From: a virus
Taxonomy: Duplodnaviria > Heunggongvirae > Uroviricota > Caudoviricetes
Direction: 5' to 3' (one strand)
Virus record (IMG/VR): IMGVR_UViG_3300003310_000099
Location: 298,295 to 362,294 of that record
Length of the DNA stretch: 64,000 nucleotides
Positions 36,871-45,819 of this stretch are shown one piece after another. Position numbers and translations under genes: made by a program. The stretch's first letter is position 1. Every line of letters starts with the position of its first letter. The notes under the pieces were generated by a model. It saw only the letters and a list, made by a program, of their open reading frames with translations. It did not search any database and was not told the origin of the DNA.

Positions 36871-38163
36871 ATGACAGATATCATAAATTTAGAAGATTGG
36901 CTAGAGGCATATGGGACTGGTACTGACACTATTGATACTCCAGCGGGCACTCCCCCTGGCAATCCAGGCGGAATGAATCCTGCTGCTGCGCCCCAAGGTG
37001 ATCCAAATATTGCTAATATGCCGCCAGAAGAAATGGACAGTCATCCAGACGAGAATGATCCGTCTTCTGATCCTCAGACTCCAGACATGCCAGAAGAAAA
37101 AGAGCATCTGGACTATGAACAATGGAAAAAACAATTCCTACTTGCGTCCGTTAAGGGCGATGTTCAAGAGATGAAAGAACTGTTAAACGACGTTAAAGAC
37201 CGTGATCTTGACTCTTATCAAAGGAAATTTGTAGACGACAACATGCAGATTGTTGGACTTCGTGAATTTACGAATATTGAAAAAGCTTCGAAGGAAATCA
37301 AGAAGTTAATCAAGGACAACTTGGACCATAACAATCCAGGCACTTCTTTGGCAGAGTATATCACGCAGGTTTTGGATACGATTCCTTTATTGAATCCTAT
37401 TTTCATTAAATTGGCTGGTATGCATGGCATCAAAGCAGACTTACATCGTAAGTACATTGCTTCTTTAACAGGGTCTGTTCAGGTTGGTAGTGGCAGCAAT
37501 ACAGAAGACTTGATTTACAATGACAAAGATTATTCTATTCGCATTTCGACTAGAATGAATGCTAGATTTGGTGATGTTTATATTGGCAGTTGGAATTTAA
37601 GGGCTGATGACCCAGAGAGATATTTAAAGCCACCAGAGCTTCAGCGTCTTCATGAAGGCAGTCCAGAAGAAAAGGATGCTTTGAAGAAAAGAGTTATTAT
37701 CGAATCAATATCTGAAACATGGAAGACCAGGGCATTTATCATTAATGTGGTTGATACAGATGGTACTATTTACACGATTGGTTGGGACATTGCCACGGCT
37801 TTGAAATCTGCATTTACTGAAGGGAAGCTTTTAGTAAAGACTAAGAGTAACGATGGTTCTGAAGCTATGATTGATAAGGATGGTGCTATTGTATCGTTTG
37901 ATGATATGAAGATTGTGTATGTGAAGGACACTGGTGAGATAGACGAGGAAGGCAATACTTTCAAGAGAGAGTCTGAGTTTATCAACAAGAAGAATGGTCA
38001 GTTATATTTGACTGCTAATTTAGGGACGATTAAAGGTGCAGCATCTAGTTTCCCTGGCATGAAGGTAAAGGAAACACCTTGGCAGGGAAATCCAAGTGAC
38101 TTGAAAACCCTGCAAAGGTGTGTTCCATCTGCATCTGAAATTCTTATGAGAACTTGCGGTTAA
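36871..38163 (+). CDS. hypothetical protein, possible virion component
   Basis: 430-aa ORF; acidic Pro-rich N-terminus. Confidence 0.8.
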   Translation: MTDIINLEDWLEAYGTGTDTIDTPAGTPPGNPGGMNPAAAPQGDPNIANMPPEEMDSHPDENDPSSDPQTPDMPEEKEHLDYEQWKKQFLLASVKGDVQEMKELLNDVKDRDLDSYQRKFVDDNMQIVGLREFTNIEKASKEIKKLIKDNLDHNNPGTSLAEYITQVLDTIPLLNPIFIKLAGMHGIKADLHRKYIASLTGSVQVGSGSNTEDLIYNDKDYSIRISTRMNARFGDVYIGSWNLRADDPERYLKPPELQRLHEGSPEEKDALKKRVIIESISETWKTRAFIINVVDTDGTIYTIGWDIATALKSAFTEGKLLVKTKSNDGSEAMIDKDGAIVSFDDMKIVYVKDTGEIDEEGNTFKRESEFINKKNGQLYLTANLGTIKGAASSFPGMKVKETPWQGNPSDLKTLQRCVPSASEILMRTCG

Positions 38164-38756
38164 CGAATGCCTAGATATCCATATTCAATTTTAATTGAAT
38201 TGACCATATCTTTTGGTATTGTCATTGGTGCAAAAGACCCTAATTTTTCTAGGTCTTCATATGCAGCTACTGTCATAATGCCTCTATGGGCTTCCGTCTT
38301 TGTTTCAGGTGGTCGAGTATAAATCTTGTACAACTCACCTTTTTTTGAAACCTGATTAAGGTCAAGAACTTTGACAATTAACTCTCTAAGGTCTTTTGTG
38401 TGATATATTCCAAATTGGGCTTTTGTGATGAATTTGTTTTCTTCATACACCATAAGTTGTGCAATTAATTTGTCCTTAAACGCCCATCCAGACCCAATTG
38501 CGCCATTAGCCTTTGCCAATTCAAGCCAACTCGTATTTGGTGGAATACGGTTCTTTCTTGCTTTTACGTCGATTGGTCTGCCATCTAAGTAACCATCAGC
38601 CCCAGCGCAATCTTCTTTGAGACTGCTATTCAAGAAGTTTTGCTTACGCAAACGACACACTTCCTTGAATAAGTTTTCTGCAAATTCACCTTCCCGCCCA
38701 GCACCACGATTGTCGTACCTATGTCTCATAATACGATCCTCAACATATATTAACAA
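38160..38756 (-). CDS. PD-(D/E)XK nuclease-like protein
   Basis: E...DGYLDGRPIDVKARK...WLE. Confidence 0.65.
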   Translation of the reverse strand: MLIYVEDRIMRHRYDNRGAGREGEFAENLFKEVCRLRKQNFLNSSLKEDCAGADGYLDGRPIDVKARKNRIPPNTSWLELAKANGAIGSGWAFKDKLIAQLMVYEENKFITKAQFGIYHTKDLRELIVKVLDLNQVSKKGELYKIYTRPPETKTEAHRGIMTVAAYEDLEKLGSFAPMTIPKDMVNSIKIEYGYLGIR

Positions 38757-38873
38757 CCTATTCCTCCAATGGCATTGAAATGACGCATTTCAGTTTCATT
38801 TGATTTGTAGGTTACTAACGAAAGATATAGTATCTGATGCTAAAAAATAAGTCAATGTTACTAAATACTCTCA

Positions 38874-39362
38874 ATGTCAAAGTTTTTCGAATTTATTGAT
38901 AAGAAGGAAAGAGAAGCCAAGCATCAATTGAAGATAATTGAAAAAATCCTTGGTGGTCATGGTTTTGTGGTTAAGGACCACATTGGCAATGACGATCCGT
39001 ATGTTTTTGTTTACAACCCAAAGAAAAACACGTTTTTCGATGGGATTAGAATCTACAAAGTGGGGGATCAACTTTCTTTCCGTGTTCAAAAAGAAGAAAA
39101 GACTCATCCATTTGGAAAGGCATATCCATTGGCGATTGAGGATATGTTTACGGATTTGGTATCCGACTTTAAACCAGAAGAAGCTGGCAAGAAAATAATA
39201 GAAGCAGTTTTAACTGAGGTGAAGAAGTTTTTTGAAAAGAGTTCAGAAGCTGAAAAGGATATTAGAGACAAACAGTTTGATAAAGACCCATTCGGTAAGG
39301 TTCAGGTAAGGTCAAGTGATTATGGAATGGATTACAGTAATCTTACTTACATGAAGGCGTAA
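38874..39362 (+). CDS. hypothetical protein
   Basis: TAAATA upstream; MSKFFEFI start. Confidence 0.75.
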   Translation: MSKFFEFIDKKEREAKHQLKIIEKILGGHGFVVKDHIGNDDPYVFVYNPKKNTFFDGIRIYKVGDQLSFRVQKEEKTHPFGKAYPLAIEDMFTDLVSDFKPEEAGKKIIEAVLTEVKKFFEKSSEAEKDIRDKQFDKDPFGKVQVRSSDYGMDYSNLTYMKA

Positions 39363-39552
39363 TATTTCTGCCGAATGTCATATTTCTTTGTAATCTAATT
39401 TCGGGGTTTCTGAAGGACCAGCATTCGCCTGTTTCGTCAATGAACACAATCCAGATCATTTCATGTTCCTGCGAGTAGTCTAGTATGAAATGTGCAAAGC
39501 CTTTTCCTTTGGGTGTTTCAAGAGGGATTGTTGGGTTTAATTGAAGGATCAT
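39343..39552 (-). CDS. conserved small phage protein
   Basis: QLNPTIPLETPKG...DYSQEH...TGECW...N..IR. Confidence 0.75.
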   Translation of the reverse strand: MILQLNPTIPLETPKGKGFAHFILDYSQEHEMIWIVFIDETGECWSFRNPEIRLQRNMTFGRNITPSCK

Positions 39553-39566
39553 ATATATAATTTAGT

Positions 39567-40067
39567 ATGGCTGACATTCAATTACCGCCGAATATAAGTA
39601 AACTTTGGCAAGCTACAGAGTTCCCACAGAAGAACAGGACAAAAGTAGTTCATAAAGGAAGTGTGATTAACTTCTTTTATATGGGGCAAAGAAGAACACC
39701 AATTCATGATCCTTATCCTCTGGTATTGGTTTCGGATATTTTCACAGATGCAGTAAGAGGGGTTAATTTGAATTTACTAGATGCGCCATACGTTACATCA
39801 CTAATAAAAACTTATTTAGACACACCTTTTTCTTATGTTAATATAAAAACAGACAATTATATTACTAATGCATTTAGAACTTATAAAAGAAGTGGTATTA
39901 GTAGTTTGCGAATGATGGATGGTGATTTCTTGAAGGGGTTGGCGGCGGTAGCAAGGTCGCTTGATGTTAATGAGATTGAGCAGATTAGGAGTCAGATTGA
40001 AACTTTAATCAGGCAGGCATCGCAGCAACCTGTAGCAGAACCAGGAGAAATGGATTTTAATTCATAA
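39567..40067 (+). CDS. T4 gp2-like DNA end protector
   Basis: FFY...DPYPLVLV...GVNLNLL...FRTY; located before tail genes. Confidence 0.6.
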   Translation: MADIQLPPNISKLWQATEFPQKNRTKVVHKGSVINFFYMGQRRTPIHDPYPLVLVSDIFTDAVRGVNLNLLDAPYVTSLIKTYLDTPFSYVNIKTDNYITNAFRTYKRSGISSLRMMDGDFLKGLAAVARSLDVNEIEQIRSQIETLIRQASQQPVAEPGEMDFNS

Positions 40068-40089
40068 ATTTAATAATAGATAAGGTAAC

Positions 40090-43000
40090 ATGGCGCAAGA
40101 TATCTTCGGCAGAATAGTCAGCATTGATGATAATGTTTCAGCTATTAAGGCACAGTTATTACAGAGTGTTGGCGCAAAAACTGCCAATACAGGGAGTACA
40201 GACGATAAGCCTGTAGAGAAACTTATCAAGCAAATTGATACTATTACTGGCTATAATCTAGACCAAGAATTAAAGAAGTTCAAAGATTCGCTTGAAGATA
40301 TTAGAAAAATATATGACGACATGGCTGCAAAGAAGGCTCAAAGGAGAAGTTCGGGAAGTGCTGGCGTTACTTCCGCATCGGAGAGCTTGCAAAAAAGTTT
40401 GACCAAAGTGATTAAGCAGACAGAAGCTAGTCTTGTTGATTTTGGCACTAGAATAACTGAAGCATTAGATAAAGTGACAAAGCAAATTTCTAAGGCTGCT
40501 GAGACTGGCAAGATACCAGGCGCACCAGCGGCGGCTAAGAAAAGCACAAAAGATTTAGCTGATCGCATTTGTGAATGTCTCAAAGAACTAACAGGAGGTC
40601 GTGGTGGAAGAGGCAAAGGACGGGGACGTGGACTTGATGGTGATGATGATGGTTATGGTGGTCGAAGAGGCAGAAGGGGTTGGCGTCCACCACCAAATCG
40701 TGAATATGCAAGAAGACTAGACTTAGCCAAAGCTAAAGGTGATGAATATGACAGGGGTAGAGGCAAGGGGGGGTATCTCCCAGGCAGGGCTATGGCAGGA
40801 TATGATAGATTGCAAGCGTATTCAACTGATTCGGCAGAAGGTAAAAAAGCAATTGTCAACGACATAGTAACAGGTGTTAGTAAGGGCGTTGGTGGAGTAG
40901 TAGGCGGCTTAACAGCTTTACTTGCTGGACCTTTGGCGGGAGGTTTCGTTGGAGGATTTGCCGAAGGTCTAATCAGTCTTATTTTCAAACCATTGGCAGA
41001 GCAATTTGAGGCACTGAGTCAAAGAGCAACTTTGATTTATAGTCAAATCGGGTCAGACGCCGCAGATGCAGCATTAAAGCAAAAAGCATTACTGTTTGCT
41101 AATGAAGATGTTTTAGAGGTTGGTGTGTCTCTTAGTAAATTAGAGAAAACAAGGAACAAAAATGCTAAGAAGGGCATCACAGATGCAAAGGTACTAAGGG
41201 CTGTAACTAAAACTGGTTTACAGTTATCTTCACAAATAGGTTCAAACGCTGAAGAAACGGCTGATATGTTTGGTGTTTGGAATACGCAACTAGATTTAAG
41301 TGCTAATAAGCTTAATGTTATATCTCGTAATATGTTGACCGTTTCCAGGCAAACAGGTTTAACTGGAGATAATCTATTGAAAGTAGCACAGCAGTCTCAG
41401 AGCTTTATGACCAATATGAGAAATGCTGGTACATTTACCGCTAATGCTGCAAATAACATTATAGGTTTCTTGGCGCGTGCAGAGAAAACTGGCACAAGTG
41501 CGGGTGCGAGGAACATATTAGAGGTGTTGAAAGGTAGCGTTCTAAATGCTGGCGATCAAGATACTGCAAATTTATTACTACAAGCTGCTGGACGTGATAT
41601 GGACGTTCAAGACAAGCTTACAAAAGGAACAGCGCTTAATGATAAAAGGAGTCTGAAAGTATTGGGTAGTGGTATGCGCAACCTGTTGCAACAGGTTCTA
41701 GGAAGATTTGGCGCTACTAGCATGAAACAATTAACGCCTGAACAAGCAGGCGAAGCAGACCTTGTTATGAAGGGACTTACTAGAGGTAAATATGGTGCTA
41801 AGGAAATAGAACTTATTAGTGAACATTTAGAAGATTTAGGTAAGAACTTTGGTGAACAGATAAAGGATATTGAGAAGAGTAAAAAATTAACCGTAGGCGA
41901 GAAACAAACACAGATACAAGATTTAACATACAATGCAGCAGCGGCGGCTTTGAGTGATTTCACTGATATATTAGAAAGAAGGGGAGGTAATGTAAATGCT
42001 TCATTCGAAGAACTAAATCGAAGGTCTGCGGATTTAGCACCTTTGCTTAAAACCCTTGGTGTGGATGCTAACAAGAGTGGTGATGCTATCGGTGCGCTGA
42101 TTGATTTGCAACACAAACAGTTAATGGAGGATGCTAAGAAGTTTAAGTTAGAGAGTAAGTTTGGGGAGTTAGGCATAACAGATGAAGCGATTAAAAAGGC
42201 AAAAGGCGGGGACAGAGAAGCATTGTCAGCACTTCAAGAGGGTTTTAATGAAATCCAAAGAAGAATAGCTGAGGAAAAAAGAGCAACTACTGATCCCGCA
42301 TTCGCAGTACAAAGAAACTTAGAACTATTAAGGGCAACAATAGACAATGAAATTGCTAAAGTTCTTGCAGCAGAACTGCCAAAAATAAGTAAATGGCTTA
42401 CCGAGAAAATGCCTGAATTCCAAGAATGGATTAAGGCCAATGTTCCTAAAATTATTGATGGTATCGCTGAGTTAATCACTTGGGCAACCAAGAATTTTGA
42501 TGTTTTGGTCAATATAGCAAAAGCATTGGGCATTGCTTATGTCGCAACAAAGGTTGGAGGATTGGTTGGTGGCATGGGAGGTGGAGGTGTAGGTGGCGGA
42601 AAAGGTGCAGGAGGAAATCTGCGTGGTGCGGCTGGAGCAACGGCATTGACAGGATTAGCTTTAGTTATAGCAGATCAAACAATGAGCCTTATAGAGTTCA
42701 ATAAAGGCGTGGATGAGTGGCGTGGCAAAATTGATGAACAAACGAAAGCAACAATACAAAACACAGAGAATTTAATTAAAAATTCTGGCGCATTATTAAA
42801 GAAAAGTCCAGAAGAACTTCAGGCGGATATAGCCGCAGCAAAGAAACAACAAGAAGGTTTAAAACAAGCCCAAAAACAACTTAACGAAGCAGCAGATAGT
42901 GCAGTGGTACGCATTGCCGAAGTTTTACCGTGGACTGGCGATCCAGCAGCAACTCGAAAAGCGCTGCAAGCTCAAATAGACGCAGAACAAAACCTGGCAC

Positions 43001-44841
43001 GAACGAAGGAAATAGAAAATAGAAGGAATTTGGCTATTAAACAAGCCCAGGCCAGACCAATTGAAACAGAGAGGAGAATTACAAGCATTCAGTCAGGAAT
43101 AACAGATCAACAGACTAGAATGAAAAAAGAACAAGAAGCTATAGACAAACTAAAAGAACAATTCGAAGCAGAGAAAGAAAGATTGGGATGGCGAGTAGCA
43201 GACCCTGGTATTGTTTATTTTCCTAGCAAACTTTTCGAAAATTTGAAAAGAGAAATCTATCAAAGAGAATATGGTATGTCTACAGGGAAAAATGAAGCTG
43301 GAATTAAGAGCTATGGTGAACGTGAAGAAGATTTCCGACAATTAGCGATGGAAAAAGCTGCTTTAAAAAAGGCTAAAGCAGATGCGATATTTGAAATGAA
43401 CAAAGATAAAGTTCCTGAAAGATTTCATGAGACATTAAGAGTAGCAGCAGAAAAACTTGCAGATGTTGCGCCTAATTTCGATACCCTTGATGTAGTGAGT
43501 GGTAAAATTGCGGATGAGTTGTTGGAGTTCAATTCCAAGTTGTCCCAGATGGCTGGAAAAGCCATAAATTTAATGGATGCTAATAAAGACTTAGTATTTC
43601 AGGTTGCTGCTGCACAAAAGAAAATGGATATGAATACAGCATTAAAAAAAATGGCGAGTTCGGCAGCTAGCGATTTCATTGCCCATGCATCCCAGGCAAA
43701 AAGAAAAGAATTTGAAACATATATGAAAAGTGTATTGGGATTAAAGGCCGCGCCAGGAACAACTGATTTTGGTAAAGAGCTTAGTGAAGCAGACCCAGAA
43801 AAGTTCAGAGATGCTTTGAAAGGGTATATATCAGAATACAAAGATGATAGTTCGTTAAAACATGCATTAGCCGAATTAACAGAAGCAATTAAAAAAAGAA
43901 ATCAGCAGGAGACTGACCCAGCTATTATGTTCAAACAAGCTTCATTACAAAGGATAAATGATTGGTTTAAGAACAATGCAATGAATCCAAATGCTCCTGC
44001 TCAACAAAAAGCTTACAACAAAATTGCTAGAGGCGATGTTGCTGGCGAGACACTAGACCAAACACTACTAAGAAAAAGACTTGCTCTTACAAAGGAACAA
44101 CAAAGTCAACTAGGCATTACAGACAGTAGCAAATTAGATATGGGTTTATATAACGAGTTGGCTAACGTTTTATATTCTTGGGAACCAGGCGGTGAAGGCA
44201 CTAAAAAGTTCCTTGAAGAAAATGCAAAAAGGCTTGATGAAAACATAGTAAGAGAAATGTTTAAATCCTTTGGGCAAGTTTTACCAAAGACTTTAGAAGA
44301 TAAAATAAAAATTGAGCGTACAGCAGAGGAAAAAAGATTAGGTGCTGAATTACAAAAATTGGCACAAAATGGCAATAAAGGTGGGTCTATATTCACTCAT
44401 GACATGAATGTTGAAGAATCATTAGAGTGGATTTGGGAATCTATAGAAAGTATCAGCAGCAACTCAGCAGCTATCATTGAAAGATTAGATACAATGATAG
44501 AGTTGCAAAGTGAAATTGCAGCGGTGTCTGCTATGTTGCCTGGCATTGATGTAGAAGAGGAAATTAAAAAAAGGCAAATGAATGCAGGTACTGGAACAAG
44601 TGAAATTGTTGCTAACACTGGAGAGACGGCTGAAAACACTCGTAGGACTGCAATCTTGATGGGTGCCCTTCTAAACTGTTTTAGAAGGGCAGGCAGAGGT
44701 CGTGCTACAAATAATATTGCAGGTGAAAACCTAGATGAATCGCCATTTTTCGATCAATTTATAGATTGTGAATGGGTTGACACCACTGCAAGATCAACAG
44801 CATATGTATGGAAACAAGGTAATATAGGCAAGAAAAATTAA
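40090..44841 (+). CDS. tail tape measure protein
   Basis: 1583 aa, Ala/Gly/Lys-rich helical, precedes baseplate genes. Confidence 0.8.
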   Translation: MAQDIFGRIVSIDDNVSAIKAQLLQSVGAKTANTGSTDDKPVEKLIKQIDTITGYNLDQELKKFKDSLEDIRKIYDDMAAKKAQRRSSGSAGVTSASESLQKSLTKVIKQTEASLVDFGTRITEALDKVTKQISKAAETGKIPGAPAAAKKSTKDLADRICECLKELTGGRGGRGKGRGRGLDGDDDGYGGRRGRRGWRPPPNREYARRLDLAKAKGDEYDRGRGKGGYLPGRAMAGYDRLQAYSTDSAEGKKAIVNDIVTGVSKGVGGVVGGLTALLAGPLAGGFVGGFAEGLISLIFKPLAEQFEALSQRATLIYSQIGSDAADAALKQKALLFANEDVLEVGVSLSKLEKTRNKNAKKGITDAKVLRAVTKTGLQLSSQIGSNAEETADMFGVWNTQLDLSANKLNVISRNMLTVSRQTGLTGDNLLKVAQQSQSFMTNMRNAGTFTANAANNIIGFLARAEKTGTSAGARNILEVLKGSVLNAGDQDTANLLLQAAGRDMDVQDKLTKGTALNDKRSLKVLGSGMRNLLQQVLGRFGATSMKQLTPEQAGEADLVMKGLTRGKYGAKEIELISEHLEDLGKNFGEQIKDIEKSKKLTVGEKQTQIQDLTYNAAAAALSDFTDILERRGGNVNASFEELNRRSADLAPLLKTLGVDANKSGDAIGALIDLQHKQLMEDAKKFKLESKFGELGITDEAIKKAKGGDREALSALQEGFNEIQRRIAEEKRATTDPAFAVQRNLELLRATIDNEIAKVLAAELPKISKWLTEKMPEFQEWIKANVPKIIDGIAELITWATKNFDVLVNIAKALGIAYVATKVGGLVGGMGGGGVGGGKGAGGNLRGAAGATALTGLALVIADQTMSLIEFNKGVDEWRGKIDEQTKATIQNTENLIKNSGALLKKSPEELQADIAAAKKQQEGLKQAQKQLNEAADSAVVRIAEVLPWTGDPAATRKALQAQIDAEQNLARTKEIENRRNLAIKQAQARPIETERRITSIQSGITDQQTRMKKEQEAIDKLKEQFEAEKERLGWRVADPGIVYFPSKLFENLKREIYQREYGMSTGKNEAGIKSYGEREEDFRQLAMEKAALKKAKADAIFEMNKDKVPERFHETLRVAAEKLADVAPNFDTLDVVSGKIADELLEFNSKLSQMAGKAINLMDANKDLVFQVAAAQKKMDMNTALKKMASSAASDFIAHASQAKRKEFETYMKSVLGLKAAPGTTDFGKELSEADPEKFRDALKGYISEYKDDSSLKHALAELTEAIKKRNQQETDPAIMFKQASLQRINDWFKNNAMNPNAPAQQKAYNKIARGDVAGETLDQTLLRKRLALTKEQQSQLGITDSSKLDMGLYNELANVLYSWEPGGEGTKKFLEENAKRLDENIVREMFKSFGQVLPKTLEDKIKIERTAEEKRLGAELQKLAQNGNKGGSIFTHDMNVEESLEWIWESIESISSNSAAIIERLDTMIELQSEIAAVSAMLPGIDVEEEIKKRQMNAGTGTSEIVANTGETAENTRRTAILMGALLNCFRRAGRGRATNNIAGENLDESPFFDQFIDCEWVDTTARSTAYVWKQGNIGKKN

Positions 44842-44849
44842 GGAGATTG

Positions 44850-45479
44850 ATGCCAAGAGGTACAGAGAATGATGGGCGTTTAGCAGTATTAAGTAAGTGT
44901 AAGATCATTACGCCTTGTGGTACAATTTGTTTAAGAATATTACCAGATATTTCTGACAGTAAAGCCGCACATTATGCTCCAGAAAACGCAATAGGAAGAA
45001 GTAATCCGTTGATTACATATGCCTATTCTGAGCCAAGAATGATTAACACTGAACTACACTTCATGACAACAAAAACAGACGACATTAATGATAATTGGAG
45101 GGCATTAAGAATAATACAAAGTTTAGTATATCCTGGCACTGCTCTTTTAGATGGTGCTGTGCCGTTTACGCCACCGCCTGTGGTAAAATTTATATGTGGT
45201 GATTTATTAGATGGCCCTAATGGATTGTGTTTGATATTAAAAAGTTACAACACAAGGTATCCAACTAATGTTGCATGGGACGAGCAGACCTATTTGCCTT
45301 ATCAATTTTCAATAAGTTGTAATTGGGAAGTGGTCTACGCTTGTAAGAATTTGCCATCAAATAATTGTGTGCCTAGTAATCCATGTGGACAAAGTGGCCC
45401 GCAATCTTGTCAACCAGTCACGGGCGTCGGTATTCCTTATGTTTCACAAGGCAGCAATCTTAAACCTGTAACTGGATAA
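44850..45479 (+). CDS. tail tube initiator / CIS tube-like baseplate protein
   Basis: IGRSNP..Y..S..R, LVYP, PPPVVKF motifs; synteny. Confidence 0.65.
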   Translation: MPRGTENDGRLAVLSKCKIITPCGTICLRILPDISDSKAAHYAPENAIGRSNPLITYAYSEPRMINTELHFMTTKTDDINDNWRALRIIQSLVYPGTALLDGAVPFTPPPVVKFICGDLLDGPNGLCLILKSYNTRYPTNVAWDEQTYLPYQFSISCNWEVVYACKNLPSNNCVPSNPCGQSGPQSCQPVTGVGIPYVSQGSNLKPVTG

Positions 45480-45484
45480 ATATT

Positions 45485-45811
45485 ATGGCAAATGAAATAA
45501 GTTATACTAATTATGGTACTCAAAACCTAGTGGCTTCCACTAGTCGTTATGCATCCAGAAATGTTATTCACTACGGTAGTGATAAAAAAGCTGCTTTTAC
45601 GGTTAATAGCAAGAAAGTTATTGGTATTGTGCCAGGGGACAAATTCTATGAAATCCAAAAAGACATGGAGTTTAGACCAGATTTAGTGTCAAACCATTTT
45701 TTTGGAATGCCAGATTTATGGTGGCGAATTATGGAAATTAACGGAATGAAAGATATCATGGAATTTAGATCGGGAAGAAATATAAGAATACCTAATAGCT
45801 TTTTAATGTAA
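45485..45811 (+). CDS. LysM-like baseplate protein (gp53/tail X-like)
   Basis: RPDLVSNHFFGMPDLWWRIMEING...IRIP. Confidence 0.75.
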   Translation: MANEISYTNYGTQNLVASTSRYASRNVIHYGSDKKAAFTVNSKKVIGIVPGDKFYEIQKDMEFRPDLVSNHFFGMPDLWWRIMEINGMKDIMEFRSGRNIRIPNSFLM

Positions 45812-45819
45812 GGAGTAAA

